Source: Planctomycetota bacterium (lineage in GTDB: Bacteria; Planctomycetota; JAJSAM01; JAJVHW01). Taken from it: a stretch of DNA of 64,000 nt. The notes below the pieces were generated by a model. That model was not told the origin of the DNA, made no database searches, and was given only the letters and a program-made list of their open reading frames with translations. Position 1 is the stretch's first letter, and the number at the start of each line of letters is the position of its first letter. The position numbers were made by a program, and so were the translations under genes. The stretch lies in the NCBI GenBank assembly GCA_965248445.1, contig CBDFJG010000004.1:1504001-1568000 (forward strand), written 5' to 3'. Below, one piece after another: positions 48,550 through 57,649 of the stretch.

Positions 48550-49785
48550 CTACGCGGTCTGCGGCGCGAGCGCCTGGCGCACTTCGTCGTCGCTGAGCAC
48601 GTGATCGCTGCGCTTGGCGGCGGCGAACACCGCGGCGACCGCATCTTGCGTCGGATCGATGCCGAGGTGCTTCAGGCAGTGGACGACGTTGGAGCGGCCG
48701 CTCATCGGCCCGACCTTGATGATCTGCTCGAGTCCGAACTCGTCCGCCGGCACGCCGGAGTAGACACGGTTGGCGAGCCAGGCGTCCCCGCGAGCCAGCG
48801 CCTTGACGACGGCCGCCGCATGCACGCCGGTCGCCGTCTCGAACGCGTCGGACCCGACCACGGGGTAGTTCTTGGGGATCGGGACCTTCGTCGCCGCCGA
48901 GACCGTGCGCACGTAGTCCATCATCCCGGTCAAATCGTTGTCGATGTAGCCGAGCAGCTTCATGTTGACGAGCAGGGTGTCCATCGGACAGTTGCCGGCG
49001 CGCTCACCGATGCCGATCGCGGCGCCGTGAAGACGGTCGGCGCCCGCCTCGTAGGCGGCGATGGCGTTGATGACGTCGAGTCCGCGGTCCCGGTGCCCGT
49101 GCCAGTCGAGCTGCACCGTCGGGTCCGTGTCGTTGATGATGCCCTTCACGTGCTGGATCAGCTTGGTGACGCCGTGAGGCGTTGCGTGTCCGACCGTGTC
49201 GCAGACAACGACCCGCGTGGCGCCGTGCTCGATCGCCGCTCGGTACAGCTGGTTCACGATGTCGGGGTGGGTCCGGGTCGTGTCCTCGGTGACGTACATC
49301 ACCCGGAGTTCCTCGGACTTCGCGTACTCGACGGCGTCGATCGTGAGCTTCAGCAGCTTCTCGATGTCCCAGTCCTCGACCAGGAGCCGGATCTGTGAGG
49401 AGCCGAGGAACACCGCGGACTCGAGCGAGACCCCGGTGGCCTGCTGGATCTCGGCGATCGGCCGGATGTCGGCCTCGAGGGTGCGCGCAGCGCAGTTCGG
49501 GTCGATCGTGAGCCCGGCGGAGGTCATCTCGTTGCAGAGCGCCGTCACGTCCCGCACGGCGTGGGCGCCGGCGCCCGGGAGGCCCAGGTTGACCGAATCG
49601 ATCCCGAGGCCGGCGATCCGGTGCAGGATCTCGATCTTCTCCCCGATGGTCGGATTGCGCACCGAGGGGGACTGGAGACCGTCGCGGAGCGTCTCGTCAT
49701 CGAAAGCCGCCCGGTGGGTCGGCCTCGTCGGGGCTTCCAGCTTGTTCCAGTCGTAGATCAGGTCGTCGCGGGAGATCTCACTCAT
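48550..49785 (-). CDS. LeuA-family DRE-TIM synthase (2-isopropylmalate / homocitrate type), no C-terminal regulatory domain
   Basis: DETLRDG.Q, CDTVG, HGHRDRG, GIGERAGN, GVHA. Confidence 0.85.
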   Translation of the reverse strand: MSEISRDDLIYDWNKLEAPTRPTHRAAFDDETLRDGLQSPSVRNPTIGEKIEILHRIAGLGIDSVNLGLPGAGAHAVRDVTALCNEMTSAGLTIDPNCAARTLEADIRPIAEIQQATGVSLESAVFLGSSQIRLLVEDWDIEKLLKLTIDAVEYAKSEELRVMYVTEDTTRTHPDIVNQLYRAAIEHGATRVVVCDTVGHATPHGVTKLIQHVKGIINDTDPTVQLDWHGHRDRGLDVINAIAAYEAGADRLHGAAIGIGERAGNCPMDTLLVNMKLLGYIDNDLTGMMDYVRTVSAATKVPIPKNYPVVGSDAFETATGVHAAAVVKALARGDAWLANRVYSGVPADEFGLEQIIKVGPMSGRSNVVHCLKHLGIDPTQDAVAAVFAAAKRSDHVLSDDEVRQALAPQTA

Positions 49786-49988
49786 TCAGGCTCCTTCAAG
49801 CTCACGGTCCCTCGCCAGAGGGCAATCCGGGATGGGACGGACTCGGCGCCGGTCAGGACGGCGGCGCCGAGGACCCCACATGATACCCGGCCACCCAGGG
49901 GCGGCGCGAGCGGCCGCGGTCGTCCCGGCGAGCCTGCCGGCCTCGATTCCTTCTCCGCCTCCGCAGGGACACGGAGCATCGCGCCGCC

Positions 49989-51314
49989 ATGATCGTCATG
50001 AAGTTCGGCGGAACGTCGGTGGGGAGCGCCGTGCGCATCCGCGATGTCGTCGAGATCGTGCGGGGGCGTGCGTCCCGCCGCCCGGTCGTCGTCGTGTCCG
50101 CTCAAGCCGGCGTGACCAACGAGCTGATCGCGCTCGCCGAAGGCGCGGTGCGTGGTCCCGCGGAGACGCGCTCGCTCGAGCGCCGGTTCGCAGGACTGCT
50201 CTCCGACCTGGGCCTCCCCGCGTACCTCGTCGATGACGACCTCGACGAGCTGGGGTCGCTCTTGAAGGGCATCACGCTGGTGGGAGATCTGACGCCCCGC
50301 TCGCTCGACCGCATGATGAGCTTCGGCGAGCGTTGCTCCGCCACGATCGTCGCCGCGGCGCTCTCCGCGGCCGGCGTCCCCGCCCGGTCGATGGTCGCGT
50401 ACGACCTGGGACTGGTGACGGACTCGACGTACGGCCGGGCGGAGGTGCTCAGCGAGACCTATGACGCGCTCGGGCCCGCGCTGGCCGCCGCGTGCCCCGA
50501 GTCCGACGTGCCGGTGGTCACCGGGTTCGTCGCGCGGGACCGGGAGGGCTTCATCACCACGCTCGGCCGCGGCGGGTCCGACTTCACGGCCGCGGTGTTC
50601 GGCCGGGCCCTCGGCGCCGAGGAGATCGAGATCTGGACCGACGTGGACGGCGTCATGACCGCCGATCCGCGCATCGTCCAGGAAGCGCGCAGCCTCTCGC
50701 GGATGTCGTTCGCGGAGGCGGCCGAGCTGGCCTACTACGGCGCCAAGGTCATCCACCCCGCCACGATCCACCCGGCGGTCCGCTCGCGTATCCCGATCCG
50801 CGTGCTCAACACCTACCGCCCCGGCGCACCGGGGACGCTCGTGTTGTCCGCGGACGAGAGCGGCCCGCCCGGGGTCCGCGCGATCGCGTCCAAGAAGGAC
50901 ATCACGCTCGTGCACGTCCAGTCGCTACGGATGCTGCTCCAGCACGGCTTCATGGCCCGCCTGTTCGCGACCTTCGAGCAGCACCGCATCGTCATCGACA
51001 TGATCACGACGTCCGAGGTGTCGGTCTCGCTGACCACCGACGACGCCCGAGACCTCGAGGCGGCTGCGGAAGACGTGCGTGCGTTCGCCGAGGTCCGGAT
51101 CTCCACCGACAAGTCGATTGTCTGCCTCGTAGGCGAGGGGCTGCGGGACGACCCGGATCTCCTGGCCCGCATCTTCGCAACGCTCCGGCGTGAGGAGATC
51201 CCCGTGCGGATGGTGAGCGTGGGCGCCTCGCGCATCAACGTGTCGCTGCTGATCGACGAGGCCGACGAGGATCGGGCCGTACGGACGCTGCACGCGGAGT
51301 TTCTGCAGAGTTGA
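49989..51314 (+). CDS. lysC: Aspartate kinase with two ACT domains
   Basis: KFGGTSVG, TTLGRGGSD, WTDVDG, GAKVIHP. Confidence 0.95.
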   Translation: MIVMKFGGTSVGSAVRIRDVVEIVRGRASRRPVVVVSAQAGVTNELIALAEGAVRGPAETRSLERRFAGLLSDLGLPAYLVDDDLDELGSLLKGITLVGDLTPRSLDRMMSFGERCSATIVAAALSAAGVPARSMVAYDLGLVTDSTYGRAEVLSETYDALGPALAAACPESDVPVVTGFVARDREGFITTLGRGGSDFTAAVFGRALGAEEIEIWTDVDGVMTADPRIVQEARSLSRMSFAEAAELAYYGAKVIHPATIHPAVRSRIPIRVLNTYRPGAPGTLVLSADESGPPGVRAIASKKDITLVHVQSLRMLLQHGFMARLFATFEQHRIVIDMITTSEVSVSLTTDDARDLEAAAEDVRAFAEVRISTDKSIVCLVGEGLRDDPDLLARIFATLRREEIPVRMVSVGASRINVSLLIDEADEDRAVRTLHAEFLQS

Positions 51315-51997
51315 GCCTCAAGAACGCGCTCCTCGGTTGGCTCGGCGCGTTCTACCTGCGGCTGCTCCGCGCGAGCTGGCGGATCGACGAGCAGCCCGAG
51401 CGGTTCGTCACGCGCCGGGGCGAGGTGGCGCCGAGCGGCTGCGTCTGGGTGATGTGGCACTCCCGCGTCCTGCTCGGCGCCGCGACGCAGGCGGATCAGG
51501 ACATGCGCGTGATGGTGTCCATGCACGGCGACGGCGAGCTCATCGCGCGCGCGTGCTCGCACATCGGGTACAAGCCGCTGCGCGGATCGTCGTCGCGGGG
51601 CGGACGCGAGGTGCTGACCGAGGCCGTCAACGAACTGATCGCCGGCCGGGACGTGGCCATCACGCCGGACGGACCGCGCGGTCCGCGCATGTCCGTGCAG
51701 CCCGGCTGTGTGCTCGCCGCGATGCGCGCCGGCGTGCCGCTCGTACCAGTCGGGTTCTCCGCGAAGCGGCACCGGCGCCTCAAGTCGTGGGACCGGTTCA
51801 TGGTCCCGGGCTTCTTCACGCGGGTCGTCGTGCGCTTCGGCGAACCGATGGAGGTGCCCCCGGATCTCGACATCGACGAGGTGAACGTGTTCTGCGGTCA
51901 CGTGCGGCTGGCGATCATGAAGGTGACGGAGCAGGCCGACCGAGATGCGGGCGTCCCGGTCGAGACGCCGGACGTGGATCCGCTCGAAGCGAGCTAG
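51311..51997 (+). CDS. DUF374 / lysophospholipid acyltransferase-family protein
   Basis: WH, S.H.DGE, RGSS.RGG, ITPDGPRGP, SWDRF..P. Confidence 0.88.
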   Translation: MSLKNALLGWLGAFYLRLLRASWRIDEQPERFVTRRGEVAPSGCVWVMWHSRVLLGAATQADQDMRVMVSMHGDGELIARACSHIGYKPLRGSSSRGGREVLTEAVNELIAGRDVAITPDGPRGPRMSVQPGCVLAAMRAGVPLVPVGFSAKRHRRLKSWDRFMVPGFFTRVVVRFGEPMEVPPDLDIDEVNVFCGHVRLAIMKVTEQADRDAGVPVETPDVDPLEAS

Positions 51998-53142
51998 TCC
52001 GCCGCTTCCCGGAGTGCGGCGAGGTAGCGCTCGCCGATGCGGTCCGCGGCGTACTCGCCCTCGACGCGCGCGCGGTTCGCGCGGCCGGCCCGCTGCCGCA
52101 GGCCTGCGTCGCCGACGACTCGTTCGAGGGCCGCGGAAAGCGCAGGGACGTCGCCGATGTCGACCAACAGGTCAGCAGCCTCGGGAGCGATCATCTCGGC
52201 CGTTGCTCCGGCGCGGGTCGCTACGACGGGGAGTCCGGCCGCCATCGCTTCGAGGATCGCGTTCGACATGCCCTCGCTGTGCGAAGAGAGCACGAAGGCG
52301 TCCGCGCTGAGTAGCGCGTGCTTCACGACGTCTGTCTCCACCGGACCGTGGAAGTCGTTCGACACCGCCGCTCCGTCCAGCACGCTCGCGGACCTCGTGT
52401 AGCACGGATTGTGTTCGTCGTTGCCCGCCCCGTAGACGTCCAGATGCACCCGCGCCCGGGCCTCGGCTGACATCGCCGCGAGCGCGTGTGCGAGGTCCGG
52501 GAGTGCCTTGCGCTTGCGGAGCTTGGCGACCCAGACGAGCCGGACCCTCTCGCCCGGCGCGTCCTTCTCCGGCAGCGCCCACTCGCTGACATCGATCCCG
52601 TTCGGGATCACCAGGAGTCGGTCCGCGGGCATCCCGAGGCTCTCGTAGAAGTGCTGCCCACTGGTCGAGAGCGAGACAACGCGCGCACAGCCGAGGACGG
52701 CGTCGCGTTCGCGGGCCGCGAGTCTGCGGAACGCGCGCGAGTCGTTGCGAAGGAAGTTGTTCGCCCGCCACTCGTCCGCCATCCACTTGGTGGAGGGTGC
52801 GCGAAACACCGTTGGAACGCCGGACTCGACGGTTCCGATCGCTGCCCACGCGTCGAACGCGAGCGCCACGCCGAAACGGCCGCTCCGTGCTTGCTCGGCA
52901 ACGCCCTCGATCGACCGGTTGAGGCGGAACAGCTCCTCGGAGTCGGGGTGCAGCCGCCGCCACGCGCGCCGGAGCGTGCTGCGCCGGTGCTCCTCGCTCA
53001 CGATGACGGGCCGCGCGACGAACGTCGTTGCAGCGCCCTCTGCCTCGAGTCGGCGCGAGATCATGGCGAGGTTGCGCTGCACCCCACCGATGCGGGTGGG
53101 GTCGACCGTGGTCGCGAGCAGGACGGCAGGTGTGGCGGTCAT
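51994..53142 (-). CDS. GT4 glycosyltransferase
   Basis: IPNGID and SEGMSNAILEAMAAGLPVVAT. Confidence 0.88.
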   Translation of the reverse strand: MTATPAVLLATTVDPTRIGGVQRNLAMISRRLEAEGAATTFVARPVIVSEEHRRSTLRRAWRRLHPDSEELFRLNRSIEGVAEQARSGRFGVALAFDAWAAIGTVESGVPTVFRAPSTKWMADEWRANNFLRNDSRAFRRLAARERDAVLGCARVVSLSTSGQHFYESLGMPADRLLVIPNGIDVSEWALPEKDAPGERVRLVWVAKLRKRKALPDLAHALAAMSAEARARVHLDVYGAGNDEHNPCYTRSASVLDGAAVSNDFHGPVETDVVKHALLSADAFVLSSHSEGMSNAILEAMAAGLPVVATRAGATAEMIAPEAADLLVDIGDVPALSAALERVVGDAGLRQRAGRANRARVEGEYAADRIGERYLAALREAAD

Positions 53143-53349
53143 GAAGCGAGCCCGGGGCGGGGAGAAAGCCGTGGTCCAGCGTCGACAGTCTCCACGACCT
53201 CCCGGCCGCAACGGGAGGAAAGCGAGCCAGGCCCGCGCCTGCACGCGTGTCCTGCAGGCATGGCGTAGACTCGCCGCCCGCATGCAGCACGGAGCCCCAG
53301 CCCTGACCGATCCCGTCGCTGATCCCGTCGTTTGGCCCGTGGCGGCCTG

Positions 53350-54261
53350 ATGTCGGGAACGCTCGTTCGGAAGATCCCCAGGAGCGCGGCGGAAGCGCTC
53401 TGGAACGAGTTGCTTGCCGCGGGTTTCGAGGAGCGCTCTCCTCCCGCCTACGCGGCGTGGAGCGCCAAGGGCCCCGGGGCTTCGGTCGTCTACTACGAAT
53501 CCGGCAAGCTCGTGGTGCAGGGCAAGGGCTCGGCCGACTTCGCGGCGTCATATCTGTCGCCCGCCGGTCCGGTCGGCGAGCCGCCGGCACAGGACCGCGT
53601 GCTGCATCCCGTGATCGGCAGCGACGAATCGGGCAAGGGCGACTACTTCGGGCCGCTGATCGTCGCGGCCGTGCTGATCGGACCCGACGACGTGGCCGTG
53701 CTCGACGAACTCGGTGTCCGGGACAGCAAGACGGTCTCGGATCGCGATGCGCTGCGGATCGCCGAGGAGATCGAGGGCGGCTACGGCGACCGTGTCGCCG
53801 TCGTGGCGATCGGTCCCCAGCGGTACAACGAGTTGCACACGAAGTTCGGCAAGAACCTGAATCGCCTGCTCGCGTGGGCGCACGCTCGCGCCATCGAGGA
53901 CTTGCTCGAGAAGCACGAGTGCGGGCACGCGGTGGTGGACAAGTTCGCGGCGGAGCACGTCGTCAAGAAGGCGCTGCTCGAGCGCGGCCGCGAATTGAGC
54001 GTCACGCAGCGCGTGCGCGCGGAGTCGCATCCCGCGGTGGCGGCAGCGTCGATCGTCGCGCGTGCACGCTTCCTGCGTGCGCTGGCCCGACTCGGCCGCG
54101 ACGCAGGTACGAAGCTGCCCAAGGGCGCGGGCTGGCCCGTGGACGCCGCAGCGAAGGAGATCTACGGATCCGGTGGCGAAGAGGCGCTCGCCGAGGTCGC
54201 CAAGCTGCACTTCAAGACGACCGAGAAGGCGCGCTCAGCCGTGGGACGCGGGGGAGGGTAA
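53350..54261 (+). CDS. rnhC: Ribonuclease HIII
   Basis: N-terminal TBP-like domain (Y.SGKLVVQGK), IGSDESGKGDYFGP, DSK, VAAASI.AR, KLHFKT. Confidence 0.92.
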   Translation: MSGTLVRKIPRSAAEALWNELLAAGFEERSPPAYAAWSAKGPGASVVYYESGKLVVQGKGSADFAASYLSPAGPVGEPPAQDRVLHPVIGSDESGKGDYFGPLIVAAVLIGPDDVAVLDELGVRDSKTVSDRDALRIAEEIEGGYGDRVAVVAIGPQRYNELHTKFGKNLNRLLAWAHARAIEDLLEKHECGHAVVDKFAAEHVVKKALLERGRELSVTQRVRAESHPAVAAASIVARARFLRALARLGRDAGTKLPKGAGWPVDAAAKEIYGSGGEEALAEVAKLHFKTTEKARSAVGRGGG

Positions 54262-54269
54262 GGAGAGAC

Positions 54270-55796
54270 ATGGGGAAGAAGAACCGGCAGACACGGCGGG
54301 CCAACGCGAGGCGCGACGACAGCGACAAGAAGCCGGACAAAAAGCCTGCCCGGCGCCCGCCGAGTGATCTGCCGATCGAGGATCCGAACGAGATCGGACC
54401 CGTCACCGTGCGCTTCCTCGGCGGAGCGCAGACGACGACCGGATCGCTCCACCGCGTGCGCACCCCGCACGGCGACATCCTGCTCGATTGCGGCATGTAC
54501 CAGGGGCACCGCGCGGAGTCCGAGCGTTGGAATCGCGACCTGCCCGTGGACGTGGACCGCATCAAGGCGATGCTGCTGTCGCACGGACACATCGATCACT
54601 GCGGCGCGCTACCGAATCTCGTCCGCAAGGGCTACCGCGGGCTCATCTTCTGCACGTCGGCGACCGCCGATCTGCTGCCGATCATGCTGCTCGACGCGGC
54701 GCACATCCAGGAGAGCGACACCGAGCGGATGAACCGTCGCCTGGCAAAGAAGGGCCACCCGCTGCGGGAGCCGCTGTTCACGGTCGCGGATGCCGAACGG
54801 ACGCTCACGCAGGTACAGGGCATCGACTACGGCAAGCCGTTCGAGCCGGTCAAGGACGTCGAGGTGCGCTTCGTGGACGCGGGGCACATCATCGGCAGCG
54901 CCGCGGTGCACCTGACCATCCGCGCTGACGGCAAGGAGACGACGCTCGGATTCACGGGCGACCTCGGCCGCGCCGACGTGCCGATCCTGCGAGATCCCGA
55001 ACCGCTCGGCCAGGTCGATTGGCTGCTCACGGAGTCGACCTACGGCGACCGGGATCACGAGGACACCGGCAACCTGCTCTCGCTGCTCGAGCGCTTCGTC
55101 AACGGCGTTGCTCCGAAGGGCGGGAAGGTAATCATCCCGTCGTTCGCCGTCGGCCGCACGCAGCTCGTGCTGTTCCTGCTGCACCAGCTGCGCAGCGCCG
55201 ACCGCATCCCGGACATCCCGTTCTTCGTGGACAGCCCCATGGCGAGCCGCGCGACGGACGTGTTCCGCAAGAACCAGGATCTGTACGACGACGAGGCGCA
55301 CCAGTTTCTGATGAACGAGGGGCCGCTCTTCCATCGCGCGCGGACGACGTTCGTCGGCCCCGCCGACGAGAGCCGGAAGCTGAACACGATGAAGGGGCCC
55401 GCGGTCATCATCGCTTCGTCCGGCATGTGCGAGGGCGGTCGCATCCTCCACCATCTGAAGCACCACGCGACCGACTCACGCAACGTCGTGCTTTTCGTCG
55501 GCTACCAGGCCGCCCACACGCTGGGCCGGCGCATCCTCGAGGGTGAGAAGAAGATCAAGGTCTACGGCGATCGCGTCCAAGTGCGCGCCAAGATCGACAA
55601 GATCAACGGGCTGTCGGCGCACGCCGACCGCAACGGTCTGGTCCGGTACGTTGAACGCCTCGACGGGGAGCCGAAGAAGGTGTTCTGCGTTCACGGCGAG
55701 CCAGAGAAGATCGCCGCGCTGCGGAGCTTCTTCTACGAGCACGACATCCGCCAGACCGCGGGCCCCAAGCCCGGCGAGTGGCATCGACTGCTCTGA
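54270..55796 (+). CDS. MBL-fold beta-CASP RNA-processing hydrolase
   Basis: LSHGHIDH.G, AGHI.GSA, ESTYG, SGMCEGGRI, SAHAD, VHGE. Confidence 0.92.
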   Translation: MGKKNRQTRRANARRDDSDKKPDKKPARRPPSDLPIEDPNEIGPVTVRFLGGAQTTTGSLHRVRTPHGDILLDCGMYQGHRAESERWNRDLPVDVDRIKAMLLSHGHIDHCGALPNLVRKGYRGLIFCTSATADLLPIMLLDAAHIQESDTERMNRRLAKKGHPLREPLFTVADAERTLTQVQGIDYGKPFEPVKDVEVRFVDAGHIIGSAAVHLTIRADGKETTLGFTGDLGRADVPILRDPEPLGQVDWLLTESTYGDRDHEDTGNLLSLLERFVNGVAPKGGKVIIPSFAVGRTQLVLFLLHQLRSADRIPDIPFFVDSPMASRATDVFRKNQDLYDDEAHQFLMNEGPLFHRARTTFVGPADESRKLNTMKGPAVIIASSGMCEGGRILHHLKHHATDSRNVVLFVGYQAAHTLGRRILEGEKKIKVYGDRVQVRAKIDKINGLSAHADRNGLVRYVERLDGEPKKVFCVHGEPEKIAALRSFFYEHDIRQTAGPKPGEWHRLL

Positions 55797-55823
55797 TCTC
55801 GGAGCCGCGGGTAAGCTCTCGCC

Positions 55824-56660
55824 GTGCGTTTCACCAAGATGGAAGGCCTCGGCAACGACTACGTGTACGTGGACCTCCGCCACGAGACCGTGGCCGATCC
55901 TGCGTCCGTCGCGCGCGCCGTGTCCGACCGCCGCTTCGGCATCGGCTCGGACGGCCTGATCCTGATCGGACCCTCCGACCGTGCCGCGGTGCGCATGCAG
56001 ATGTGGAACGCCGACGGCAGCCGCGGAGAGATGTGCGGCAACGGGCTGCGCTGCGTCGCCCGCTACGCGGTCGAGCACGGGATCACGGACCTGTCCGAGT
56101 TCGTCGCGGAGACCGACGCGGGACTGAAGACCGTCGAAGTGCACCGCGCGAACGGCACCGTGTCCGCGGTGACCGTGGACATGGGCGCCCCCATCCTCGA
56201 GCGCGTTGCGATTCCGATGCTCGGGGCACCGGGCCGCGTCGTGCGCGACACGCTGAACGTCGGGGCCCGCGAACTCGAAGTGACCTGTCTTTCGATGGGC
56301 AATCCGCACTGCGTGACAGTCGTGGACGACGTCGATGCCTATCCGGTCACCGAGATCGGCCCGCTCCTCGAGAGCCACGAGGCGTTCCCCAACCGCGTGA
56401 ACGCGGAGTTCATCCGAGTCGTCTCACGCACCGAGATCCAGCAGCGCACGTGGGAACGCGGCTCCGGCGAGACCCACGCCTGCGGCACCGGTGCATGCGC
56501 GGTGGCCGTCGCAGCACAACTCCTCGGCCTGGTGGACACCGACGTCACGATCCACCTGCGCGGCGGCGACCTCCGCGTCCGCTGGTCCGGCGACGAGAAC
56601 GCCCCGGTGCTGATGACAGGCCCCGCCGTCGAGGTGTTTCAGGGCGAATTCGATCTCTGA
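55824..56660 (+). CDS. dapF: Diaminopimelate epimerase
   Basis: GLGNDY, EMCGNG.RC, GNPH, ERGSGET.ACGTG. Confidence 0.97.
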   Translation: MRFTKMEGLGNDYVYVDLRHETVADPASVARAVSDRRFGIGSDGLILIGPSDRAAVRMQMWNADGSRGEMCGNGLRCVARYAVEHGITDLSEFVAETDAGLKTVEVHRANGTVSAVTVDMGAPILERVAIPMLGAPGRVVRDTLNVGARELEVTCLSMGNPHCVTVVDDVDAYPVTEIGPLLESHEAFPNRVNAEFIRVVSRTEIQQRTWERGSGETHACGTGACAVAVAAQLLGLVDTDVTIHLRGGDLRVRWSGDENAPVLMTGPAVEVFQGEFDL

Positions 56661-56668
56661 TCGACGGG

Positions 56669-57637
56669 CTACTTCGACTCCGTGTCGATGACGGCTCCTT
56701 CCTGGACCGTGTCCGGCTCCGGATCGGCGATGAACGAGGTCTTGGAGACCTCCACGTCGAAGTCACGCACGACGGTGAGTTGCGTGATGAAGTCGGCGTG
56801 GACGCGAGGTGAGCTGCCGGCGTCGCCGGACGTCTTGCGCGGGCGATAGCGCTTGCCGGCGTCCGTGGCGAGCCAGTCCGACCACGCGCCCTTCCTGTTC
56901 GGGACCTGGGCGCCCGTCAACGTCGTGAGCACGCGATGGAGTGTCGTGCGCTCGGTGATGATGGCTGTGTGAGCTGTCGCGACGACCGTCGCGTCCACCA
57001 CCGCCCCGTCCTGGATCGTGCTGACCAGGGGGTCGGCGATGAAGCCCGTTCAAGCCACCTCGACGTCGAAGTCCTGCACGAACGTGCGCTGCGACAGCAC
57101 GCTCGTGTGGACACGGGGTGCGCCGCCGCCGTGCGCCTCGAAGCGCGCGACGAGGACGTGCACCGCACGCGGGTCGTTCAACCGCTCGACGGCCGCCAGC
57201 GCGTTCAGGCGCCGCTGCGCCGTTCCGCCTGTCGTGTGAGCTAGCAGCGGCCGAACCGCGTCACGGCGGCGCAGCGCGTCCGTAGCGGCGTTTCGCACGC
57301 GCGCATCGATGTCGCGAACGGCCCTCTCGACGAGAAGTGGCACGACACCGTCTCCCCGTGCTCTGGCGACGACGGCCACCGCCGCGAGACGTGCCTCAGC
57401 CTTCGCTGCACGCAATGCGAGCGGCGCCTGGCTCTTGTGCGCCCACGGATTGGTACGCAGTCGGGCCCGCAGCCGTGCGCGCACGGTCTCCGGAGTGTCG
57501 GCCGCCGTCCGCTCGATGACGATCGTGCGATCGGCAGGTGGGGCGTCCTCGTCGCCGCCATGGGCGACGACGAGAGACGTGAGGGTGAATAGAGCGGTCA
57601 GGACATACCGTCGGCGCGAAGTGGTGTGGGTCCGCAT
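56669..57637 (-). pseudogene. Secreted HEAT-repeat protein with two DFDVEV..FIADP motifs, interrupted by an in-frame TGA (57052-57050)
   Basis: ORFs 57050-57637 and 56669-57001 are in the same frame. EVA*TGFIADP aligns with EVAQTAFIADP of the upstream paralogue. Confidence 0.8.
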
Positions 57638-57649
57638 GAGTGCACGCGC

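Noticed and set aside
49786..49988. Leucine attenuator or lysine riboswitch between the leuA-like gene and lysC
   Set aside because: A hairpin is present, but there is no Leu-rich leader peptide or recognisable riboswitch core.
57050..57052. Selenocysteine codon
   Set aside because: Paralogous positions are Gln/Lys, there is no redox motif, and no convincing SECIS follows.
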